Assembly (NCBI GenBank): GCA_022425195.1
Contig: JAKMFX010000040.1
Location: 136,029-200,028, forward strand
Reading direction: 5' to 3'
Source: Flavobacteriales bacterium
GTDB lineage: Bacteria; Bacteroidota; Bacteroidia; Flavobacteriales; UBA7430
Length of the DNA: 64,000 nt
Part shown: positions 57,845 to 64,000 of the stretch, piece after piece
Layout of the letters: each line of letters opens with the position of its first letter
How positions within the stretch are numbered: the stretch's first letter is position 1
The notes under the pieces: model-generated
Told to the model about the DNA's origin: nothing
Databases searched by the model: none
Seen by the model: the letters and a program-made list of their open reading frames with translations, nothing else
Made by a program: the position numbers and the translations under genes

Positions 57845-57883
57845 CACCTACATTGCCGTGAGTGCTTTGATTGGATTGCATGA
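57845..57883 (-). terminator. Terminator hairpin after the PhoD-like gene; copy A of a 38-nt direct repeat
   Basis: The plus-strand sequence is acaaaaaaagcacctacattgccgtgagtgctttgatt. On the minus strand it forms a stem plus a run of seven T. It differs at 2 positions from the copy at 59368. Confidence 0.6.
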
Positions 57884-57953
57884 CCAAATCTATAATTGAC
57901 AAGGCTACCTACATGCTAAGAATGCCATTAAATTCATGGCACCCGGCATCAGA

Positions 57954-59303
57954 TCAATTGGTCTTGACATCAAAACTATATTTGATCATTTCTCGGGATA
58001 AGTTTCTACCACTCCAATCCACTTTTATTTTATTACCTCCTTGATCTTCAACGCTCATCAAGCCATACTGTCCTGATCCTGGAAAAGCCCCGTGGCTATA
58101 AGGTCCGCCTTTCTTTGAACCGCTTCTAGACAAAGCCCCCGCATGAAAAACAGGAAACCCTTGTACCTCAGCATCTGAGTAATTGCTGTTGGTGCCGTCA
58201 TCAATTGCGATCATGTGTGCATCTCCACTTAACATACACAATCCGTTAATGTCATTATCAACGATGAAATTAGCGATTTCATTTCTTTCTTCTTGATACC
58301 ACTCCCAGCCATCGTCGCCCTCGCCCTCCTCACTAATCCAAGGAAATGTGTTTATCCATACGATCAAAGGATAAGTGCCCTGAGCTTCTAACAATTTGTT
58401 TTTAAACCATGCCTTCTGCTCCGTCCCCAATACTGTTTTATTTGAAGTGCTTATTCTGTATGGAGTTCTCTCCGATCGGTTGTCTGTTAGGATAAACAAT
58501 ACCCTTCCGACATTAAAAGATTGATAAATTGGGACATCTCCAGAACCTGCATCAAGCGGATGGTGGGGTACAAATTGCTGATAGGCCAATCTTGATGAGT
58601 TACGACCAGCGGCATTGGCGTCGGAGTTGTTGGGTCCATAGTCGTGATCGTCCCACATGTAGGCCATAGGTGTGTTCTTAAAAAGTCTACCCATATCCGT
58701 CCCGGAAAGCTGATTTTCATAGGCCCTGCGAAATCGATTGATGTCATTAGAGCCGATATTACTGTAATGAAGGTCGCCCGTATGTAGAAAGAACAGAATG
58801 TCATCATTCGCAATGGTATTGTATACTCTCCCGTCTGCAGATTTACTACAAGCCCCAAAGGCAAAGGAGAAGCTCATAGGCTCATTTGACACCGTTTTAA
58901 ACTTCCCCGTGTAATTAGTTACGCGTTCTGCATTATTGTCGATTTCAAGACCATAATAATACTGAGTATTGGGTTCCAATGAGGCAAGATCGAAAGTCAC
59001 AATCCTGTTGTTGGCTATTGAGTCCGAAATTTTATAATCACTGTAGGTTGGGCTGACTAAATCTTTCCCTGTACCTAAAACCAATCTTACACTATCAGAG
59101 TCTAGACTTACTTGTGCAGTTACTTTTGCGGTGTTTTCTGTGACGCCCCCAGACCATAGAAAATTGATTAAAGGATCGGTCTGCTCATCCAAGGCCTGCT
59201 CTTGCTCGTACATAAAATCATCCATGTCACCACAACTGATGAAACTGAACAGTATTGTGGCTAATAAAAAAATCGAATAATTACATTTTCTGGCTAAATC
59301 CAT
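57954..59303 (-). CDS. PhoD-like alkaline phosphatase / metallophosphoesterase lipoprotein
   Basis: The start is taken at MDLARKCNYSIFLLATILFSFISCG (lipoprotein signal). The metallophosphatase motifs FLHTGDLHY, MWDDHDYG and GDAHMIAIDDG are present. The longer ORF would run over tRNA-Asn. Confidence 0.85.
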   Translation of the reverse strand: MDLARKCNYSIFLLATILFSFISCGDMDDFMYEQEQALDEQTDPLINFLWSGGVTENTAKVTAQVSLDSDSVRLVLGTGKDLVSPTYSDYKISDSIANNRIVTFDLASLEPNTQYYYGLEIDNNAERVTNYTGKFKTVSNEPMSFSFAFGACSKSADGRVYNTIANDDILFFLHTGDLHYSNIGSNDINRFRRAYENQLSGTDMGRLFKNTPMAYMWDDHDYGPNNSDANAAGRNSSRLAYQQFVPHHPLDAGSGDVPIYQSFNVGRVLFILTDNRSERTPYRISTSNKTVLGTEQKAWFKNKLLEAQGTYPLIVWINTFPWISEEGEGDDGWEWYQEERNEIANFIVDNDINGLCMLSGDAHMIAIDDGTNSNYSDAEVQGFPVFHAGALSRSGSKKGGPYSHGAFPGSGQYGLMSVEDQGGNKIKVDWSGRNLSREMIKYSFDVKTN

Positions 59304-59367
59304 AATTTTATTTGATTGGTTGACACGGCGTAAATATAGATTTATATTTTTTCCTTTTTGTGCTACC

Positions 59368-59406
59368 ACAAAAAAAGCACCTACATTGCTGTAAGTGCTT
59401 TGATTT
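59368..59406 (-). terminator. Terminator after tRNA-Asn; copy B of the 38-nt direct repeat
   Basis: The plus-strand sequence is acaaaaaaagcacctacattgctgtaagtgctttgatt. On the minus strand it forms a 9-bp stem (AGCACTTAC/GTAGGTGCT) plus a run of seven T. Confidence 0.65.
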
Positions 59407-59411
59407 GCTTG

Positions 59412-59485
59412 CTCCCCCTCTTGGACTCGAACCAAGGACCCTCTGATTAACAGTCAGATGCTCTAACCAGCTGAGCTAAGGAGGA
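59412..59485 (-). tRNA. tRNA-Asn(GUU)
   Basis: A 74-nt cloverleaf was folded by hand: acceptor UCCUCCU/AGGGGGA, anticodon loop CUGUUAA and T loop UUCGAGU. Confidence 0.92.
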
Positions 59486-59498
59486 GTGTTTGCGGTGG

Positions 59499-59506
59499 CA
59501 AAGATA
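59499..59506 (-). promoter_or_regulatory. Candidate -7 box (TATCTTTG on the minus strand) for tRNA-Asn
   Basis: Plus-strand caaagata is the reverse complement of TAnnTTTG, 14 nt upstream of the tRNA 5' end. Confidence 0.35.
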
Positions 59507-59622
59507 CTAATCTTCGTGAGAAGAAAAAGTCAAATTCAAAAAAAAGAATTTAGGAAAATATAGGTGCTTGAAAATTTTATTTTCTGCTGCGACCAAAGCA
59601 TAAAAAATGATCTCGATGGACC

Positions 59623-60027
59623 CTACACAAACTTCTCCACAAGGCTTTTGGCAAATTCCTCCAACTGAGCGCGAACTCTCCGGAAAGCCGCTTCTTTTTC
59701 GTCCAAAACCTTCGAAGGATCCTCAAAATTGCGGTGGATGGTTTGCGTGGCCTTAGGGAAAACCGGACAAGTCTCTTTGGCATGATCACAGACCGTAACG
59801 ATCAAATCAAACTCCATATGAAGGTATTTGTCCATGAGGTCTGAGGTGTGGCTCGAAAGATCAATACCGATTTCGTTCATATAGAATACCGCATCCGGAT
59901 TGATACCGTGGGTTTCCACACCCGCACTGTAAACTTCAAACTTTCCTTCAGAAAAATGTCGCAACCAAGCTTCTAAAATCTGACTTCTACATGAGTTCCC
60001 GGTACATAAAACAAGTATTTTTTTCAT
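59623..60027 (-). CDS. arsC: Low-molecular-weight phosphatase-family arsenate reductase
   Basis: The start is taken at MKKILVLCTGNSCRSQ, which contains the CX5R P-loop. The Cys residues at TVCDHAKETC fit the thioredoxin-coupled ArsC type. Confidence 0.82.
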   Translation of the reverse strand: MKKILVLCTGNSCRSQILEAWLRHFSEGKFEVYSAGVETHGINPDAVFYMNEIGIDLSSHTSDLMDKYLHMEFDLIVTVCDHAKETCPVFPKATQTIHRNFEDPSKVLDEKEAAFRRVRAQLEEFAKSLVEKFV

Positions 60028-60089
60028 CCTTTGACGCGTAATTGAATTTGCATAAATTTGTCCTGTAAAATTAAAGCAATTTGCCAATT

Positions 60090-60695
60090 ATGAAAGCTAC
60101 GACCAAAGAAATTCAGAATACCATCAGTCCAAAAGAAGCGCTTGAATTTTTAATCGAAGGAAATGCTCGTTTTGTTGCACAGAAAAACGAAACGAAAGAT
60201 TTGATGAAGGATGTGGAACTGAGTGCAAATGCGCAATACCCATTCGCAAGTGTTTTGAGTTGTATTGACTCTCGCGTTGCGACAGAGCTTATTTTTGACC
60301 AAGGTATTGGAGATCTTTTCAATGTGAAAATTGCTGGGAATGCCGTAAATACAGACGTCATTGCCTCTTTGGAATACGCGTGTCATTTTGCTGGCTCCAA
60401 ATTGCTTTTGGTCTTAGGGCACACAAAGTGTGGGGCCATTACCTCTGCCTGCCAGAACGTGGAGTTTGGAAACATCACTTCGCTATTAAAGAAGTTTGAC
60501 GTCGCCAAATCTAAGGTAAACCCTTCAGAACCGACTTCTGAATATGTAGATGCCGTTGCCAAACAAAACGTGCTTGAATGTATGTCGCAATTGAGAACAG
60601 AAAGTCCTGCCCTCTCAAAGTTAGAGCAAAATGGAGACATCATCATTGCGGGTGCCATGTACGATGTGGCCACGGGTAAAATTGAACTGGTTTAA
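60090..60695 (+). CDS. Beta-class carbonic anhydrase
   Basis: The zinc-ligand motifs CIDSR and GHTKCGA are present. The start is the ATG at 60090. Confidence 0.92.
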   Translation: MKATTKEIQNTISPKEALEFLIEGNARFVAQKNETKDLMKDVELSANAQYPFASVLSCIDSRVATELIFDQGIGDLFNVKIAGNAVNTDVIASLEYACHFAGSKLLLVLGHTKCGAITSACQNVEFGNITSLLKKFDVAKSKVNPSEPTSEYVDAVAKQNVLECMSQLRTESPALSKLEQNGDIIIAGAMYDVATGKIELV

Positions 60696-60707
60696 TCCCA
60701 AAACTTG

Positions 60708-61688
60708 ATGCACTGGGGAGCGCAAATTTTTCAAAACCATTCGGCAAAGTCATTCGAAAAAGTTGCCTTGGAAATTTTTCAATTTCAAGCCCAATCCAAT
60801 CCCGTCTATCGGAATTATCTTCATCACATCAAGGTAGACCCCATAAGTGTCACTAAATTAGATGAGGTCCCCTACCTTCCGATTGAGTTGTTTAAAGCTC
60901 ATGAAGTCGTGTGCCAACCCCATCAGAGCCAACAAGTTTTTACCAGCAGTGGTACCGCAGGGGTTCAGAGCCAGCACTCCGTTCATGACCTATCTATTTA
61001 TGAACAGAGTTTCTTTAAGGGGTTTGAGCATTTTTATGGCGCGGCCCAAGACTACACCATTCTCGCTCTTCTGCCTTCTTACCTAGAACGCAGTGGCTCT
61101 TCACTCATTTATATGTGTGAAAAATTGATTCAAGCTTCTGAAAAAGAAGAAAGTGGTTTTTACTTAAATGAACACGAGAAGCTCTATGCGCAACTCCAAC
61201 ACTTAGAAAAAAAAGGTCAAAAAACACTCTTAATTGGGGTTAGCTTCGGCCTTCTTGATTTTATAGAAAAACATCCTTTACCGCTTGAGCATACCACCGT
61301 GATGGAAACCGGTGGAATGAAGGGGCGCCGTAAAGAAATGATTAGAGAAGAGTTGCATGAACATATTGGTGCCGCCTTTCATCAAAAAAATATTCATTCG
61401 GAATATGGAATGACGGAACTCTTATCGCAGGCTTACGCCAAAGAGCAAGGCCGTTTTAGCTGTCCTCCCTGGATGAGAGTGAGCTGCAGAGACATCAATG
61501 ATCCCTTTTCAAAATCCAAACATAGAGGGGGCCTCAACATCATTGACTTGGCCAATGTGTATTCCTGTGCTTTCATAGCCAGCCAAGACCTAGGTAAAAT
61601 AAATGCCGACGGTAGTTTTGAAGTACTGGGGAGATTTGACTACAGCGATGTTAGGGGTTGCAACTTGATGGTTGGATCATCCCTTTGA
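60708..61688 (+). CDS. LuxE-like acyl-protein synthetase / acyl transferase family protein
   Basis: The N-terminal FE..AL.IF.FQ...N.VYR.YL pattern and the SSGTAG and METGGMKGRRKE motifs are as I recall for this Flavobacteriia family. This assignment is from recollection only. Confidence 0.6.
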   Translation: MHWGAQIFQNHSAKSFEKVALEIFQFQAQSNPVYRNYLHHIKVDPISVTKLDEVPYLPIELFKAHEVVCQPHQSQQVFTSSGTAGVQSQHSVHDLSIYEQSFFKGFEHFYGAAQDYTILALLPSYLERSGSSLIYMCEKLIQASEKEESGFYLNEHEKLYAQLQHLEKKGQKTLLIGVSFGLLDFIEKHPLPLEHTTVMETGGMKGRRKEMIREELHEHIGAAFHQKNIHSEYGMTELLSQAYAKEQGRFSCPPWMRVSCRDINDPFSKSKHRGGLNIIDLANVYSCAFIASQDLGKINADGSFEVLGRFDYSDVRGCNLMVGSSL

Positions 61689-61709
61689 AAATAAATCCTG
61701 AATTGAAGC

Positions 61710-62987
61710 CTAAATCGCCTTCAATAAGAAATAGTTCTTTTTCCCCTTCTGCACCAAGATGTATTTATCGTTCAATAAAGCCTCAGAATTGATGATTTTC
61801 TCGGCGGTAACCTTCACCTTATTGATGCTGACCGCATTGGATTTAAGCATTCTACGTGCATCTCCGTTGGATGAAAAGACTTGTGATTTTTGAGCCAACA
61901 AATCAATCACCTCTACCCCTTCTTCGATGGCTGCTTTAGAAACCTCAAATTGAGGAACGCCCTCAAAAATATCAAGTAGGTCGCGCTCTTGAATGCTCTT
62001 TAATTGCTCTGCCGTATTTTTTCCAAATAGAATCTCAGAAGCTTCTATCGCTCTTTGGTATGCCTCAGTACCGTGAACACGCTCGGTCACATCTTTTCCG
62101 AGTGCTTTCTGTAAAGCCCTTTGGTGAGGGACTTCTTCGTGTTTGGCTATCAGTGTGTCTATCGCTTCCTTGGACATCAGGGTGAAAATCTTGATGTACG
62201 TTTTGGCATCTTCATCCGAGGCATTCAACCAGTACTGGTAAAACTTATAAGGAGAAGTTCTTTCTGCATCCAGCCATACGTTTCCGCCTTCGGTTTTTCC
62301 GAATTTAGTTCCATCTGCCTTTTTAATTAAGGGCGTAGTGATCGCATAGGCTTCTCCTCGAGCTTTTCTTCTGATCAGCTCGGTACCGGTTACAATATTC
62401 CCCCACTGATCAGAACCCCCAAGCTGAAGCTTGCAATTCTTTTCCGTATACAAATGGTAAAAATCGTAGCCCTGAACCAATTGGTAGGTAAACTCCGTGA
62501 AGGACATACCCGTTTCCAAACGAGATTTTACGGAATCTTTCGCCATCATGTAATTGATGCTGATGTGCTTACCCACATCTCTAATGAAATCCAAAAAATT
62601 AAAGTCTTTAAACCAATCGTAGTTGTTCACAATTTCCGCCGAGTTCTCTCCGCATTCAAAATCTAAAAAACACGCCAACTGTTTCTGAACGCAGGATAAA
62701 TTATGGGCCAATATTTCTTCAGAAAGGAGGTTTCTCTCCTTAGACTTACCCGATGGGTCACCTACCATTCCGGTAGCACCACCAACAAGAGCTAAGGGTT
62801 TGTGTCCGGCACGCTGAAGGTGCACCAAAGTCATGATTTGCACCAAACTTCCTATGTGCAAGGAATCTGCTGTTGGGTCGAAGCCAATATAAGCAGAGGT
62901 TACCTCCTTTTGGAGTTGTTCTTCTGTTCCAGGCATGATATCGTGTATCATGCCTCTCCATTTCATTTCCTCAACAAAGTTCATCAT
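61710..62987 (-). CDS. tyrS: Tyrosine--tRNA ligase
   Basis: The HIGH-type motif (SLHIGSL), the KMSKS-type motif (KFGKTEG) and a C-terminal S4-like domain are present. Confidence 0.97.
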   Translation of the reverse strand: MMNFVEEMKWRGMIHDIMPGTEEQLQKEVTSAYIGFDPTADSLHIGSLVQIMTLVHLQRAGHKPLALVGGATGMVGDPSGKSKERNLLSEEILAHNLSCVQKQLACFLDFECGENSAEIVNNYDWFKDFNFLDFIRDVGKHISINYMMAKDSVKSRLETGMSFTEFTYQLVQGYDFYHLYTEKNCKLQLGGSDQWGNIVTGTELIRRKARGEAYAITTPLIKKADGTKFGKTEGGNVWLDAERTSPYKFYQYWLNASDEDAKTYIKIFTLMSKEAIDTLIAKHEEVPHQRALQKALGKDVTERVHGTEAYQRAIEASEILFGKNTAEQLKSIQERDLLDIFEGVPQFEVSKAAIEEGVEVIDLLAQKSQVFSSNGDARRMLKSNAVSINKVKVTAEKIINSEALLNDKYILVQKGKKNYFLLKAI

Positions 62988-63063
62988 AGGTATTTTTGTA
63001 AACGCGTAAAAATAGCAGTTTTATTCTGTATATAAAACAACAACATTTACTTATCTTTCTGCC

Positions 63064-64000
63064 ATGATATTAGTTACTGGAGCAACAGGCTTGGTCGGTT
63101 CGCATTTGTTGTATCAACTTTGTCAAACCGAAACAAAAGTACGCGCATTAAAAAGAGACCGTTCAAATCTTGATGCCGTAAGAAAAACCTTTTCCTATTA
63201 CACCAAAGATGTCGACAGCCTATTCCAGAAAATAGAATGGGTGGATGCCGACCTTCTGGACCTGTCAGCTTTAGAGCTGGCCTTTAAGGAGATAACCCTG
63301 GTCTATCATTGTGCCGCTTGGATAAGTTTCAACCCGAAACACCGATACAAAATGCGCCAAAACAATGTTCGGGGAACGGAAAACATGGTGAATTTGTGCC
63401 TGGCTCATGATGTGGAGAAACTCGTTTACGTATCTTCAGTCGCTGCCCTAGGTGCAACCGAAAATCAAGAACTGAAAACCGAAGAAAACCTTTGGGTTGA
63501 CAGCCCCAAAAACAGCCATTATGCCATCAGCAAGTACCAGTCCGAATTAGAGGTATGGCGAGGTATTGAAGAGGGTTTAAGTGCCGTAATCGTGAACCCT
63601 TCCATAATTCTAGGTCCCGGAAATTGGAGAAAAGGAAGTTCTCGCATCTTCTATCAAATTTGGAAGGGATTGTCTTTTTACACCCCTGGGGCGAATGGTT
63701 TTGTGGACGTCAGAGACGTTGTGGACGCCATAGTACAATTGATGCACAATAAGACCACCTCTGAACGCTATGTTTTGAATGGAGAAAACACCTCCTACCA
63801 ACAAATCTTTGACTACATCGCTGAGGCCATGGGTAAGAAAAGCCCAAGCATAAAAATCAGTCCTTGGCTGAGTGGAATCGCATGGAGGTTGGCGAAAATC
63901 GTTTCTGTGTTAACGAGGAAAGCGCCACTTCTCACTAAAGAAACCGCCGAATCAGGCAACAAAACTACTCGTTTTAGCAACGCTAAAATTAAAAGCCTCC
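63064..64000 (+). CDS. NAD-dependent epimerase/dehydratase family protein (3' end beyond the window)
   Basis: From the ATG at 63064 the translation is MILVTGATGLVGSHLLYQL... (Rossmann fold), and a YxxxK motif (YAISKYQ) follows. The frame read by hand is open to the window end. It is not in the ORF track because there is no stop. Confidence 0.8.
   Translation, partial: MILVTGATGLVGSHLLYQLCQTETKVRALKRDRSNLDAVRKTFSYYTKDVDSLFQKIEWVDADLLDLSALELAFKEITLVYHCAAWISFNPKHRYKMRQNNVRGTENMVNLCLAHDVEKLVYVSSVAALGATENQELKTEENLWVDSPKNSHYAISKYQSELEVWRGIEEGLSAVIVNPSIILGPGNWRKGSSRIFYQIWKGLSFYTPGANGFVDVRDVVDAIVQLMHNKTTSERYVLNGENTSYQQIFDYIAEAMGKKSPSIKISPWLSGIAWRLAKIVSVLTRKAPLLTKETAESGNKTTRFSNAKIKSL

Noticed and set aside
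59304-59435. The N-terminal 44-codon extension of the PhoD-like ORF (track start 59435).
   Set aside because: The extension runs across the terminator repeat and into tRNA-Asn (59412-59485). The internal Met at 59303 is followed by a textbook lipoprotein signal.
1-64000. A scan for CRISPR arrays, IS elements or transposases, integrases, prophage genes, toxin-antitoxin pairs and known defence-system genes.
   Set aside because: There are no regularly spaced direct repeats. No ORF has transposase, integrase, recombinase, nuclease-helicase or reverse-transcriptase motifs. The remaining track ORFs nested in or antisense to infB, actB, actC, the DUF2723 gene, the protease gene and others have non-protein-like translations and were treated as chance ORFs.

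Overview
This is a 64-kb chromosomal window from a Bacteroidota (Flavobacteriia-like) genome, roughly 40% G+C by eye. The assignment rests on gliding-motility genes gldD, gldE and gldH, on type-A T9SS C-terminal domains, on an alternative complex III (actABCDEF) operon, and on TAnnTTTG -7 promoter boxes at sensible distances upstream of many genes. Most of the window is tightly packed housekeeping: rimP-nusA-infB, fumC, prfB, recX, an RNase E/G-family ribonuclease (rng-like), HU, mutY, ssb, ctaA, rplU-rpmA, CoA-transferase A/B, PBP1A, holB, pgk, pheS, rnr, folE/queD and tyrS. There are three tRNAs (two tRNA-Gln, one tRNA-Asn). Three parts look accessory. (1) 51.6-56.6 kb is a secreted-protein cluster: a 1118-aa mosaic trypsin-like protease, a small T9SS cargo protein and a type-1-copper cupredoxin. 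The protease and the cupredoxin share an unnamed ~72-aa Cys-bracketed C-terminal module that is not a canonical T9SS CTD. This is my best candidate for something undescribed. (2) An AT-rich single-gene cassette (SAM methyltransferase plus about 490 nt with no ORF of 60 aa or more) lies between two tRNA-Gln units, and one unit has acceptor-stem mismatches. (3) A PhoD-like phosphatase gene next to tRNA-Asn is bracketed by a 38-nt direct repeat. Other points: an intrinsic-terminator-like hairpin in the rimP-nusA-infB leader downstream of a tRNA, and a 30-aa bS22-like ORF that the ORF track misses. I saw no CRISPR array, transposase, integrase, phage genes or recognisable defence system. All calls come from reading translations and sequence by eye. 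No searches or folding programs were run, so family names are recollection-based and starts are approximate where alternatives exist.
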